A stretch of 64,000 bases of DNA from Gemmatales bacterium (GCA_041640595.1 JBEPZY010000002.1:242984-306983), one strand, 5' to 3'; numbered from the stretch's first letter, positions 31,129 through 42,470 are shown. Notes: generated by a model not told the origin, from the letters alone. Numbers and translations are program-made.

Positions 31129-31673
31129 GCACTAACCCCGAGCCCCTCGCTCGGCCCCGTTTTCACCTCGCTCCCGTGTCAGGATGCTTACCGGGACCTG
31201 CGTGGTATCTCCATGTCGATCCCCGCAAATGTACTTTGCGGCGATACCTGGCGGCGCTGCTCACCGCGCAGCATTCCCGCCAGAGCGAGGATTCGCCCAT
31301 TCCGGCCAGGTACTACCGGCAATGCTGACAGCATCGTTCTTTTCGGCAAGATCGGTCAACTCGCTACAGTTTTTGAGGCAATCACCGTTACAAGCCTAGC
31401 ACACCAGTCGCAGCGAACGCAAACTCCCCACCCGGCAGCTACACAGTAAACCGGGAAGAGACGGAAATGGTGCCGCAGACAGGCAAACTCTGCATCCGTC
31501 GGCTGAGCCATAAACCGGCAGGGAAAGGGAATGTGCATCGTGCCCTGAACAAACAAGCTCTACACCCGCCGGCTGGTCAATAGATCCGGTCAGGCGAACC
31601 GCAATGCAAACGGTCAGCAGCACGCTCACGCATTTCCGCCGGCTAACGTTATGCCTGGAAGGGAATTAAACGG

Positions 31674-31690
31674 GGCGATTTGCTTGCCGA
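31674..31690 (-). promoter_or_regulatory. Possible sigma-54 promoter for the TPR-bEBP operon
   Basis: Minus strand TCGGCAAGCAAATCGC, GG-N10-GC spacing, imperfect flanks, about 550 bp upstream of ATG 31128. Confidence 0.35.
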
Positions 31691-31830
31691 TGCCCGCGAG
31701 TCGTTCCGGTAACCTTATGATCGGGGGCGAACTAAACGCCAGGCACAACCGGCATGGGGGCCGCTTGTTGTGCTGGCAAAAGAAATCCCTGCGGGGAAAC
31801 CGAGCAGTCGGCACGAGGCCAGCGGATGCG

Positions 31831-32679
31831 TTAGTGCACAGCGGCGACACATTCGCGCAGGTAGCGGATGCCGTGAGCAATATCGCGGAGGCGTTCGGCC
31901 TGCGTACCGACTTCGCGTTCGATCAGCAACGGCCCGCGATAGCCGACCTCGTATAAAGTTTGCACCCAGAGGCGAATGTTGACGGCACCCTGACCGAGCG
32001 GCACTTCTTCGCCCCAGGTGCCTTTGACCTTGGGTCGGAAAGCATCCTTGGCGTGCACACTGCGAATATCCGGGCCGAGAATCCGCACCGCTTCGATCGG
32101 GTCGCCCATGTCGTAGAGCAGCATATTAGCGGGGTCGAAATTGACTTTGACGTTGGGGCAACGAAGTTCGTCGAGAGTGCGGCGAAGCAACTGGGCAGTT
32201 TCCTGACCGGTCTCAAAGGCAATGGTCACGCCATAACGAGCCGCCAGATCGGCCGCCTGCGCCAGGGTGTTGAGAAACTCTTTCCGCTCCGGATCGCCAG
32301 GTTCGGGAATGAACCCGGCATGAAACATCAGGTCGGTCAAACCGAGCTCGCGTGTGCGCTGTAAGGCCCATTCGAGTCGCTGCAGGCGCTCCGCTCGCAG
32401 GTGCTTCGGGCCGAACCCTCCGGTTTCGCGGATGGTTTGCGGCGTGGTGTAATCCTCGCCGGGAAAGCCCAGCATGGCGCCCACCATGCGAAAACCGGCA
32501 GCGCGGGCCGCTTGCGGCATCGCATCGCCTTCCTCCCAGCTCGCATGATGCGGGTCGCCACAGGCAATCTGCACCACGTCCACACCGAGCTGGTCGAGAA
32601 ACCCCTTCAGTTCGGGAATGCTGCGAACCTGCAACGACCAGCTACACACGCCAATGGCCAGCGGTTCGACGGCAGTCAT
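31831..32679 (-). CDS. Sugar phosphate isomerase/epimerase (xylose isomerase-like TIM barrel)
   Basis: FETGQE, VNFDPANM, VHAKD, LIERE metal-binding pattern. Confidence 0.88.
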   Translation of the reverse strand: MTAVEPLAIGVCSWSLQVRSIPELKGFLDQLGVDVVQIACGDPHHASWEEGDAMPQAARAAGFRMVGAMLGFPGEDYTTPQTIRETGGFGPKHLRAERLQRLEWALQRTRELGLTDLMFHAGFIPEPGDPERKEFLNTLAQAADLAARYGVTIAFETGQETAQLLRRTLDELRCPNVKVNFDPANMLLYDMGDPIEAVRILGPDIRSVHAKDAFRPKVKGTWGEEVPLGQGAVNIRLWVQTLYEVGYRGPLLIEREVGTQAERLRDIAHGIRYLRECVAAVH

Positions 32680-33272
32680 GGCAAATCTCCTGTCAGGCAG
32701 CTCCGATATGTTTATGCGGCATCACGCAGTTTCTGGTCGCACCGTCGGGATAGCAGACCGCCTGTCGGGCGGCCCGGTGGCTGCACAGGGGGGTCATGCT
32801 CACCGTTTCCGGATTGTTCAGGGCGGCTGATAGGAGCCAGGTACAGCGGAGTCGTCGCCAGGAGCGCAGACGCTGGCGGCCAGGGTATAGCTTAGCGAAA
32901 GCCAGACGCCCTGGGAGTGGTCAACCGCCCCACCAGCCCGTCAGGTTCCCTGGGAGTCGATCGTAGCCACCGTCCTGGTGGCCTGGCTGGGAGTGGCAAA
33001 CGGTCCAGCCGGCCCAGCTGGTTCACGCCTGCCGTCCCTGTTCCGGTTGCTTAAATAGTCCGCGGGCGATACATTTATTCTGGAGAAACCGCCGGTATCC
33101 GCCCTGGTCGTAATGGCAGTTTCGGAGGATGGCTTTTTGCGGTCGGGCCGGTCGCGGGATCGAATACGCCGATTCGCACAGCCGAAATGGCCACTTTCGG
33201 CCGCACTGAGCAGGTTTTCCCCAGCACTGGGCCTCTCGCTGTGCCACGCTTTCCGGAAGGAGGGCCGGGACA

Positions 33273-34205
33273 ATGAGTACCGACTCTGCTGAAATGTTGC
33301 TGAAGCAGGCCCGGCAGGCATTAGCCCAGGGCGATCTGCCTCGGGCGAAGAGTTTGTATCTGCAAGCCTTGGCCCTGAACTCAGAATCGCCCGATTGTCA
33401 TTACGGGCTGGCGACGGTGAATTTCTTGCTCGGCGATCTGGAAGGGGCCGCTTATCACTACAAGGAAGTCATTCGCCTCGACCCGGTCCGGGCAGCTGCT
33501 CATGTGAACCTCGGGGCAGTTTATCAGCGTCAGGGACGCCTGCAGGAGGCTGCCCAGGCGATCCTGCGTGGCATTCAGCTCGACCCAAAACGAGCCGAGT
33601 CGCATTACAACCTCGGTATCGTTTATCGCAAACTGGGCCAGTACGAAAAAGCTATCCAGGCTTATCTGGAAGCGACCCATCTCAAACCGGACATGTACGA
33701 TGCCCACTACAACCTCGCCAATCTGTTAATGGAACTGCGGCGTTATTCCCAGGCGGTACACCATTACAAGCTGGCCCTGGAAATCAAGCCCGATCTGGAA
33801 AAGGCTCGTGCCGGTCTGGAGGCGGCCCAGAAGGCCCTGGAAGGCGAAACCCGCATCCTGAGCGGTACCGATACCGCCCAACCCACCGCCGCTGCGGAAA
33901 GTGCCTGGCAACGCCAGCTCGATCCCCAGCGCGATGGGCCGGTGCTCATGCGCTTGCATCAGACCTGCATCGAAGCCGAATCTCTCTGCCGCGACTATTG
34001 CATTCATCTGGAAAAAGAATTGCAGCCATCTCTGGAAGAACTGAGCGGACGGTTGCTGGCGCCAGCGTCGAATATCGGTGCTCTGGAAAAAGCTGTCGAG
34101 CAGTTCGAGCAGAACGTTCAGCGACTGGCCAGCTATCAGCGCCATTTTCAAGAACTGATGCGGCGGCTTCGGGAAGCCAGCGCGGGAATGTTCCCCGCAA
34201 GCTGA
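33273..34205 (+). CDS. TPR-repeat protein with C-terminal coiled coil
   Basis: About five canonical TPRs (AHVNLGAVY, SHYNLGIVY, AHYNLANLL). Confidence 0.88.
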   Translation: MSTDSAEMLLKQARQALAQGDLPRAKSLYLQALALNSESPDCHYGLATVNFLLGDLEGAAYHYKEVIRLDPVRAAAHVNLGAVYQRQGRLQEAAQAILRGIQLDPKRAESHYNLGIVYRKLGQYEKAIQAYLEATHLKPDMYDAHYNLANLLMELRRYSQAVHHYKLALEIKPDLEKARAGLEAAQKALEGETRILSGTDTAQPTAAAESAWQRQLDPQRDGPVLMRLHQTCIEAESLCRDYCIHLEKELQPSLEELSGRLLAPASNIGALEKAVEQFEQNVQRLASYQRHFQELMRRLREASAGMFPAS

Positions 34206-34459
34206 CAGAATCTCCGTCGCGGTCGCAGTATATGCAGATGTTGAGGTTGCCCAACGCGGGAATGTTCCGCACAGGCTGACAAAATCCCCAGGCCACGGGA
34301 TTGTCTCGAACCTGCCGCAAGTTCTTATCCGAGCCGAAGGCCTCAACGCCGACGATAACAGTCCGACTCTGCCCGACGGGAAAAACCAGTTGACCCAGGT
34401 GTCGGCATCATCCAGGGGCGAGGAAAATAGCCCGAGTCTGCCCGAAAAATATCGCACGA

Positions 34460-35500
34460 TCAGGTCGGCTGGCGTAAGCGAGCCGTGGTGTGGGTCACGT
34501 ACCCGCGGATGCGAAACGCACAGCAGCAACAACGTCCGCGCTTGCAACCAGGAGCGGCTGGCGTAAACGAGCCGTGGTGTGGGTCACGTACCCGCGGATG
34601 CGAAACGCACCGCCGCAACAACGTCCGCGCTTGCAACCAGGAGCGGGGGGCGTAAGCCCCCCGTGGAAAACGAACGACACTGCACCGGCGTTCGTGAGCG
34701 CGCTGACGGCAGTCTCGCGCGACTTTACGGAAGCGTTCCTGCATGTACGTTTTTCAACCCCCACGGCGGGCTCACGCCCGCCGCTCTTGGCTGGATGTGC
34801 GTTTGTGCATCGCAAAAATCGTTTTTTCGCCGACAGACGTTCGCTATGCAACAAGAGCGGGGGGCGTAAGCCCCCCGTGGGTTCGCTGCCGCGACTGCAC
34901 CGGCGATCGGCGCACGCACCGTCGGCGGTCTGCCGTGAGTTAGTGGAAGCGCCGTTGCAAGTGCGATACTCACATCCACGGCGGGCTCACGCCCGCCGCT
35001 CTTGTCTCCGCACGTGACGAGTGTCCCCGGACGTCAGCGGTATCGGTGTTGCAAGTGCGTTTCCCGAACAGCACGGCGGGCTCACGCCCGCCGCTCTTGT
35101 GGATGTGCGTTCGTGCATCGCAAAAATCGTTTTTTCGCCGGCAAACGTTCGCACCGCAATACAAGAGCGGGGGGTGTTAGCCCCCCGTGTGAGACGAAAC
35201 GCCGTTGCAAATCGCAACCGCGCATCTCCGACGATATGCGTGCGTTCACCGGGAGCGGGCGGCGTCAGCCCCCCGTGGGTTCGCTGCCGCGACTGCACCA
35301 ACGCCTGTGAGCACACTGACGGCAGTCTCGCGCGACTTTACGGAAGCGTTCCTGCATGTACGCCTCCCTAACGCCCACGGCGGGCTCACGCCCGCCGCTC
35401 TTGGTTGTGTGTTCGCTCGTCGCTGAACAACATTCGCTTCTCACGGCACACCGATCGTACCAGCGAGCCACGGCGGGCTGACGCCCGCCGCTCTTGGGGA
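34460..35500. repeat. REP-like palindrome cluster 4 (inverted relative to clusters 1-3)
   Basis: CCACGGCGGGCTCACGCCCGCCGCTCTT units plus GAGCGGGGGGCGTAAGCCCCCCGTGG units. Confidence 0.9.
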
Positions 35501-35844
35501 AGCGTTGAAAGTTGTGGGAGCGAACCTTGAAAGTCGCGGAGGTTGGCGGGCGGTGTGTTCGGCGAGTGCGGGTGGGCCGGTTCACTTGACGGGGTTTGCA
35601 GAGGCAGGCCCTATGAAGTCTGTACATTTGTGGGCGTAAACGTCGGAGAGGCGCTCGGCTCGACGGCTGGAACTTGGCGGCCCGGCTGGCTGAACATCGG
35701 AGGGGCGCCTGGCTCGATGGCTGGAACCAGGCGGCCAACCTGGCGGCCCGTCTGGGTAAACGCGCTTGGCTCGATGGGGTCTGCGAAGGCAGGGCTTGCG
35801 AGGCTATACGGTTGATGCGCACAAGCACGGGTGAAACGGTTTGC

Positions 35845-35873
35845 TTGACGGGGTTTGCCGAGACAGGTAGGAT
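35845..35873 (+). promoter_or_regulatory. Sigma-70 promoter for ispG
   Basis: TTGACG-17 bp-TAGGAT, about 40-50 bp upstream of the ispG start. Confidence 0.65.
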
Positions 35874-35924
35874 AGCTCAGCAAGGGCCGAACTTGATTGC
35901 AATTCCCGAGCCATGGGTGAATGG

Positions 35925-37121
35925 ATGTATCAGCGAGAGTTTCGGCGGCATAAAACGCGTGAGGTGCGAGTCGGCGACAAAGTGGTCGGGGGCGACAACC
36001 CGATCTGGGTGCAGTCCATGACCACTACCGACACGCACGACGTGGAGGCTACCGTCGCACAAATCCACCGCCTCGAAGAAGCTGGTTGCGAATTGGTGCG
36101 GGTTACCGTGCCCAAACCTGAAGATGCCGCTGTGCTTACCGAGATCAAACGCCGCATCCATATCCCGCTGATTTGCGACATCCATTTCGACTACCGCATG
36201 GCCCTGGCAGCGCTCGACCATCCGGTGGATAAAATTCGCATCAATCCTGGCAACATCGGCGGTTACGAGCGGTTCCGGCAGGTGGTACGCAAGTGCCGCG
36301 ACAAAGGCGTGGCCATGCGGATCGGCGTCAACGCTGGCAGCCTGGAAAAGGACTTGCTCGACAAATACGGTTATCCCTGCCCGCCCGCCATGGTGGAGAG
36401 TGCCCTGCGCTATATCGAAATTGCCGAGGCGGAGGGATTCCGCGACATCATTGTTTCCCTGAAATCGTCCGACGTGCCCACGGTGGTGGAAACGTATCGG
36501 TTGTACGCCAGGCAGTGCGATTATCCGACACACATCGGGGTTACAGAAGCGGGCAAACCGCCTTACGCGGTGGTAAAATCGGCCTGTGGACTGGCGCCGC
36601 TCCTGTTGGACGGCATCGGCGATACCATCCGGGTGAGCCTGCTCGGCGATCCGGTGCCGGAAGTGCAGGCGGCTTTCGACATTTTGCAGGCGACGGGTCG
36701 GCGCGTCCGCAAGCCGGAGCTGATCGCCTGTCCTACCTGTGGTCGGCTGGAGATTGACCTGGAAAAAATCGTGGCCGAACTCGAACAACGCCTGGCCGGT
36801 CGGAAAACTCCCGTCAAAATCAGCGTGCTGGGCTGTGTGGTCAATGGTCCGGGCGAGGCACGCGAAGCGGACATTGGCATCGCTGCCGGTCGCGGAAAGG
36901 GCATGATCTTCCGTCGCGGTCAGATGATCCGCACTGTGTCCGAAGCCGAAATGGTGGACGCCCTGCTGGAAGAAATTGACCGCTGGGAGCAGGAGGAACT
37001 GGCCCGGCGACAAAATCGCACAGACACGACCAAGCCCGACGCCGCTGCGGTTTCCTCTGCTTCACCTTCGACCGCGATGGTATCGCCTCGCTCGGGTAGT
37101 GTCTCGCTCCCGCTGGTCTGA
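35925..37121 (+). CDS. ispG: (E)-4-hydroxy-3-methylbut-2-enyl-diphosphate synthase
   Basis: VQSMTTT, DIHF, RINPGN, RIGVNAGSL, GIGDTIRVSL, CPTCGR, GCVVNGPGEA; alternative start 35913. Confidence 0.96.
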   Translation: MYQREFRRHKTREVRVGDKVVGGDNPIWVQSMTTTDTHDVEATVAQIHRLEEAGCELVRVTVPKPEDAAVLTEIKRRIHIPLICDIHFDYRMALAALDHPVDKIRINPGNIGGYERFRQVVRKCRDKGVAMRIGVNAGSLEKDLLDKYGYPCPPAMVESALRYIEIAEAEGFRDIIVSLKSSDVPTVVETYRLYARQCDYPTHIGVTEAGKPPYAVVKSACGLAPLLLDGIGDTIRVSLLGDPVPEVQAAFDILQATGRRVRKPELIACPTCGRLEIDLEKIVAELEQRLAGRKTPVKISVLGCVVNGPGEAREADIGIAAGRGKGMIFRRGQMIRTVSEAEMVDALLEEIDRWEQEELARRQNRTDTTKPDAAAVSSASPSTAMVSPRSGSVSLPLV

Positions 37122-37198
37122 ACCTGCCGCAAACAATATCCAGGACAGCAGCCTGACGGTACAATTCCTGCGGCCACTCTGCATCAGGACGAAATCCC

Positions 37199-39169
37199 AT
37201 GGCGATCCGCTTTACCTGTTCGCATTGCAGTCGAAGTTTGACGGTCAAGGATGAACTGGCGGGAAAGCGAGGCCGCTGTCCGTATTGCAAGCAGGTCATC
37301 GTAGTGCCTGCCAGTCGGGCGACGGCACCGGTACGCGATCCCCGCAAACCGGATGCAGAAAGTCTGGCTCTGGCAGCGCTGGGTCTGAGCAGCAGCGAGA
37401 CGGTAACCGGTGCGGAGACGGTCAGTTCGAGCAAGCCCGCCCCGCCGATCCAGGTGACCTGTTCCTGGTGCGATCATCAGTTTGAAGTCGAGGGGACGCT
37501 GGCAGGCAAACAGACGCCCTGTCCCGAGTGCCGTCGCATTGTGCGTGTGCCGGCAGCACAAACGCAGAGTCCGCGGGATTGGCGTCAGGCAGCCCGTGCG
37601 CCCACGGCTGCGGTGCTTTCCCAGCAGCAAGCGGCACCGGAAGGAGCCTGGGGAACGGCAACGGCTCGCAGTTACGTCAGCCAGGAGGCCCTCGAAGAAG
37701 CCGAAGCCTTACCGATCGAACGGGAGCCACTCACGGTCGGCCAGTGGGCGACACGCATTGGCCTGGCGTTGCTGGCACTGGTTGCCCTCTATGCCGGTTA
37801 TCGCTGGTTCACTGCCCATCGGGCCGAAAGCTGGCAGCGTTCTATGCTGGCGGAAACGCAGCAGTTTCTGGAAAATCCCCAGCGCTCGCCGGAACAAACC
37901 CTGCTGGTGCAACTCGCCCTGATGCGCTACTGGCAGAACACGGAGCCGGACAACAACCGCATCCGTGGCGTGTCCCGGACTGCCCGTCAGCTGGCAGCAG
38001 CGGCCCGCGAACAACTCGGCAAACTCGCTACGGCCAACGATCCGGTCAGCCTCCGCGTTTATGAAGGCATGCTGGTCGAATACGTTGCCCAGTGCTGTGC
38101 CGCCGGTTTGTTACCTGACGATATCAACCCCGGGCTGAACACGATGCTCCGGCGGCCTGATGCAGAAACGTTGCTGCGAAAAACCGTGGCGCGTTTAGCC
38201 GATCTGCAGGTGGACACGCCGAACCAGCGGCAGGGTTTGCAGGTTTTGCGGCGAATGCTGGAACAGGCGTTAGCTGCACCGCGAACCGAAGCCGCGAAGG
38301 CACCTGTCGCCGCCACGCAGTCGTCAGCGGATTTGCTGGCTGTGGCTGCTCAGGAATTCGCCGCTCTGGGAGATACCGAATCCGCACGGGCTATGCTGAA
38401 GGCTCTGGCGAACCAGCAGCCGTCTCCGTCCAAAAAGCCGGGCGAAGAAACAAAGGCCGCCGTTCGCGCTGGCAGAAACCCTGCTTCTTTAGCCGAAGTC
38501 GTTGCCAGGGTCATGCTGGAATCTTCCGAAACCGGGCAGGGGCAGACTGCTGCGGGAGCTGATGCGGGGCCCAATGTCGGTCTGAGTCCTGCCGCCAGCG
38601 CTGTGATTCAGTTGGAGGTGCTGGTACGCAAAGGCCGGTGGTCGGAAGCGGTGCAACACTGGAGGAAATACTGGCCCCCAGGTTTATCAGTGCTCGAACG
38701 CTGGCCCGGCTTGCAACTCCTGGCCGAGGGCGTTTTACGCCATGGCGACGATCAGATAGTGGCGGATTTACTGAATGAATGCGAGGGTCTGGAAAAAGCG
38801 GCTCCGCCGCGGATTCTGCCGGAGGTACGGTTATTGCAAGTTCGTCTGGCCACCGCAGCCAAAAAAGAGGAAGTTGCCAGGCAGCTTATCGAACAGGCCG
38901 GTCCCGAGCCGATGCGGCGTATGTTGCGGCTGGCGCAGGCGGAGACGGTCATCCTCCGGGCCAGGGAGTGCCTGTTGCCGGAGCAGATTCCCTCCTGGCA
39001 GGAGTTGCAGCCTGCGGAACGGGCGTATTTGCTCCACCAACTGGCCTGGCACAATGTCCGTAAGGATCGCGGTCAAGCTCGCCGCTGGGCCGATTCGTTG
39101 TCGGGTGCCGATCGCGCGATCGTGGCAGCTGTCTTACTGGCCTGCGATTCGGCGGCGGATTCACGCTGA
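37199..39169 (+). CDS. Double zinc-ribbon membrane protein with helical C-terminal region
   Basis: CSHC...CPYC and CSWC...CPEC, single TM helix. Confidence 0.75.
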   Translation: MAIRFTCSHCSRSLTVKDELAGKRGRCPYCKQVIVVPASRATAPVRDPRKPDAESLALAALGLSSSETVTGAETVSSSKPAPPIQVTCSWCDHQFEVEGTLAGKQTPCPECRRIVRVPAAQTQSPRDWRQAARAPTAAVLSQQQAAPEGAWGTATARSYVSQEALEEAEALPIEREPLTVGQWATRIGLALLALVALYAGYRWFTAHRAESWQRSMLAETQQFLENPQRSPEQTLLVQLALMRYWQNTEPDNNRIRGVSRTARQLAAAAREQLGKLATANDPVSLRVYEGMLVEYVAQCCAAGLLPDDINPGLNTMLRRPDAETLLRKTVARLADLQVDTPNQRQGLQVLRRMLEQALAAPRTEAAKAPVAATQSSADLLAVAAQEFAALGDTESARAMLKALANQQPSPSKKPGEETKAAVRAGRNPASLAEVVARVMLESSETGQGQTAAGADAGPNVGLSPAASAVIQLEVLVRKGRWSEAVQHWRKYWPPGLSVLERWPGLQLLAEGVLRHGDDQIVADLLNECEGLEKAAPPRILPEVRLLQVRLATAAKKEEVARQLIEQAGPEPMRRMLRLAQAETVILRARECLLPEQIPSWQELQPAERAYLLHQLAWHNVRKDRGQARRWADSLSGADRAIVAAVLLACDSAADSR

Positions 39170-39321
39170 GCGAGTTTTGCTGACTCGTTTGGCCAAGGAA
39201 AGAATGCCGCCATGTTCCTCGGGCGAAAATGTGCGGGCGTGGAACGTTCTCAATTCGGTTGAGGGGAAGCTGGCGATCTGCCAGCGGCCAACTGGTTTGC
39301 CAGCAAACCGAGCGATGCGGT

Positions 39322-40977
39322 TTATTCCACGGACACCACCTCGATTTGCAGGTGGGACAGGAGCGGTTGGAAGACCAGGAGCGGGCGTGTCGGTTGCACA
39401 TCGTTCCAGCTGTGATGGGCGAGTTTGATGTGTGTGGCGGTGATATGCTCCTGGTTGAGCGTTGGGTCTAAACCGTACCATCGGCCGCGAATCCACACTT
39501 CCAGCCACATGTGCGGCACGAACGCCCGATGGTGCGGGTCGTACAAAAAACCCATCGCTAACCGCGACGGCACACCGACCGCACGACACATAGCCGCGGC
39601 GAGCACGGCATGTTCGGTACAATCGCCCGCCAGGGTGCGAGCTACCTCATCCGCTGAGGCAAACGCTTCCACATAGGTCTTGTCGCGGACGTTCTCGTAC
39701 ACCCAGCGTCGGATGCGCTGGGCTTTCTCCCACGGTTCGGTAGCACCAGCCACGGCACGGCGAGCCAGTTGCTGCACCAGCTTGTCCTCGCTATTGACGA
39801 CCGGATTACTCCGCAAATACTCCGCAGGCGGTTCGGTTCGGTCAGTGTCACCCTGGCCGGGCTCATTACCGCGGGACACTTCCAGTTCCAGCATTGCGGG
39901 CTGTCGCTGACGCAGACGTTGGCGGTCATCCTGCGGGAAAACTCCCTCGGCAAATTGCCCCGATTTCAGGGTCAGACGGTAGGTGATTTTCCGCGCTTGC
40001 AGAGGTTGTGCAATGGGCCGGGCGACGCGAATCATCTGCCTCAGGGCAATATCCACAGTCTCGACCGGGCCGGGGGCGAGTGCTTCCTCTTTGCCAGTGC
40101 GCAGGCATAGCATCTTGCCCAGTCCGGGCTGGTGGGTTTCCAGGCGAACCGGCTCCCCGGTTTCATCGAGCCAGATCAGGGCATCGGGCAATTCCACGCC
40201 GGGTATTTTTTCATAACGCGCCCGCAAGCGTAACCATTTCCGTCCCGCGGTAAAAGGCCCCGTGTCGTAATCCTCGGCGGTGACCTGGAGCTGAACGAAG
40301 CGATCCAGTTCCGGCACGAATTTGCAATATTGTCGCCTGGTGCCGGGCTCCCACTTCTGCTGGCTCAAAAACCGTTCTTCTGCGTACAAACCGAGGGCTT
40401 CGGCTTTCCAGGGAATGCGTACCTGGCGGGGTGGTTGTTGCCCGATCTGCACCTGCATGACCAGTTCCTCGCCGATCACCGTGCCGCGGCGAATGATGTG
40501 CTGGTCGCGGCCAATCTGCAGGTGCACGGTCACACTGGCCACCAGTCCCTGCGGCGTTTCGTAATTGGCCAGGGTGTTGACAAAGGTCACCGGTTGCCCA
40601 AACCGCCGCACTCGCAATTCCATCGTGCTCGTGGCCTGGATAAACGGCTGCCCACGTATGCTGACTTCCTGATACACATGGTGCAAATGGCCCGATTTCA
40701 CGCCTTCCAGATACAGCGCTTCCCAGACCTCTTTCAAGATTTTGCCAGGGCGAACCTCGCCGTTGGCGGGTGGATTCTGCGCCCAGCTGATGGCCAAACC
40801 TGCCAGGCTCATTCCCGCAAGCACAAGCGTTATGCCGATTGCCCACTGCTTGTGCCATCGCTTCCCCGCACTACTGGTTGCATTCGAGTGAAGCAGGCAC
40901 GGATGCGGAGTTGGCACGCCACCTGGCGAAATCATCGGCAACCCTGCGGCATGGCGAACGTGTTGACCTGGTGTCAT
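39322..40977 (-). CDS. Transglutaminase-like domain protein
   Basis: GDCTEHA...PHMWLEVW...GLDPT Cys-His-Asp triad; TM/signal near the N-terminus; RBS aaggag before ATG 40977. Confidence 0.88.
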   Translation of the reverse strand: MTPGQHVRHAAGLPMISPGGVPTPHPCLLHSNATSSAGKRWHKQWAIGITLVLAGMSLAGLAISWAQNPPANGEVRPGKILKEVWEALYLEGVKSGHLHHVYQEVSIRGQPFIQATSTMELRVRRFGQPVTFVNTLANYETPQGLVASVTVHLQIGRDQHIIRRGTVIGEELVMQVQIGQQPPRQVRIPWKAEALGLYAEERFLSQQKWEPGTRRQYCKFVPELDRFVQLQVTAEDYDTGPFTAGRKWLRLRARYEKIPGVELPDALIWLDETGEPVRLETHQPGLGKMLCLRTGKEEALAPGPVETVDIALRQMIRVARPIAQPLQARKITYRLTLKSGQFAEGVFPQDDRQRLRQRQPAMLELEVSRGNEPGQGDTDRTEPPAEYLRSNPVVNSEDKLVQQLARRAVAGATEPWEKAQRIRRWVYENVRDKTYVEAFASADEVARTLAGDCTEHAVLAAAMCRAVGVPSRLAMGFLYDPHHRAFVPHMWLEVWIRGRWYGLDPTLNQEHITATHIKLAHHSWNDVQPTRPLLVFQPLLSHLQIEVVSVE

Positions 40978-41343
40978 AGCGAGGACTCCTTCCAGAGTGC
41001 ACAAGGTGAGGCAAAACACCGTGCGTTGCTGGCGCGGCTCTGAAAGTTTTGCCCGCGACCTGATGCTCCGCTTACAATCATAGCCGATCGCCTGCATCCG
41101 CGGTATGGCGAGCATGTTCACCGCTGAACACGTCCAGCAGGCATCGCCGCTGTTTTGCGACTAATAAGTCGCGCAGGCATAGTCGGCAGGATCGTCGGCT
41201 CAGGTCAGGATCGGTGCTGGCGGAGCATTTTTCTTCAGTTCCGACATTCAGCCAGACCGGGGCCAGGGCGATACAATGATACAGACACCTGGATCTTCCT
41301 CCCGCCGCGGTTCTGTTGCCAACCCCCTGCCATCGGAAGCTCC

Positions 41344-41979
41344 ATGAAACGCATTTTCCGCACCGCTTCATCTGTCCGTGAGGGTCAACTGCCAGCGCAT
41401 CTTTTGCGCGAGCAGTATGGCAATTTCCGACTCACACGGGCGATTCGTCCGGGCGAGAAAGGCGGAGTCGTTCCCGAAGCCGGTTATCGTCTGGAATGGA
41501 CGGCAGCCCCGTTGCCCAGGCTCGCCGCCAGCGTTTCTGCGGAAATGTTGTTCGAGGTGTTCGTCGAGTTAGTGGCTTTGCTCGGCGAGGAACCGGATGT
41601 GTACCTGCAAAGCAGTCATGACCGGATGCGCCGCGATTACCTTCGCCGCAACATTGACCGACCCGTGTTGCTCAGCTACCTTGTCGAGTTTGAGGAGTTG
41701 CTTTTGCACGACGGTTATAGCGGTATCATCGTGGTGGACCGCCAGGGGAATCGGGAGGTGCATTTCGACGAGCACAAGGTTCTGGTGGTGTATGCCCCGC
41801 GACTGCAACCATTCGTCCAGGTGATGGAACGATTCCACCTGCCCCGCAACGACCGGTTGCGATTGATCCTGGAAGGTGTCCACTACCATTGCTCCCGACC
41901 GGATTATGCCGCCCTGCTGGAACAGTTCCGGCTTCAATTAGGTGCGGAAGAAAACACGCATCTGGTTTGGGACAGTTAA
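41344..41979 (+). CDS. Hypothetical protein
   Basis: Typical codon usage and a globular-looking sequence (LLHDG..G, FDEHK); family not recognised. Confidence 0.7.
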   Translation: MKRIFRTASSVREGQLPAHLLREQYGNFRLTRAIRPGEKGGVVPEAGYRLEWTAAPLPRLAASVSAEMLFEVFVELVALLGEEPDVYLQSSHDRMRRDYLRRNIDRPVLLSYLVEFEELLLHDGYSGIIVVDRQGNREVHFDEHKVLVVYAPRLQPFVQVMERFHLPRNDRLRLILEGVHYHCSRPDYAALLEQFRLQLGAEENTHLVWDS

Positions 41980-42059
41980 TCCGCTGGTATCACGGCGTTG
42001 AAAAATAAGCAAGCGGAAGATTGTAGCGACGGCACGACTTTCCCCCACCCGCCCGCCCA

Positions 42060-42470
42060 GCGAACCGACACCCGCCGCTCTTGTTCGTCCGTTCGCTAGT
42101 CGCTGAACGAAGCGCGTTTCCCGCTGCACAACGTTCGTATCACGGAACCACGGCGGGCTGACGCCCGCCGCTCCTGTTCGTCCGTTCGCTAGTCGCTGAA
42201 CGAAGCGCGTTTCCCGCTGCACAACGTTCGTATCACCGAACCACGGCGGGCTGACGCCCGCCGCTCTTGGCTGGACGCACGCCTGCGCATTGCAAGTCGC
42301 GCATCTCGCACCGAACAAGCGTCGTGCACCAAGAGCGGCTGGCGTAAGCCAGCCGTGGCACCACATCCGCATGTGCGGCGCAAAACGTATTCAATCCGAA
42401 AAAGCCGGTGGCGTTGCAAGTGCGAATCCGAACCGCGGCGGGCTGACGCCCGCCGCTCTTGGTTGTGTGT
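42060..42470. repeat. REP-like palindrome cluster 5
   Basis: Inverted GGCGGG-type units with a near-exact tandem duplication of about 94 bp. Confidence 0.9.

Noticed and set aside
31440..31540. c-di-GMP riboswitch suggested by GGCAAAC
   Set aside because: The GAAA tetraloop stem and the GACGCAAAGC segment are missing.
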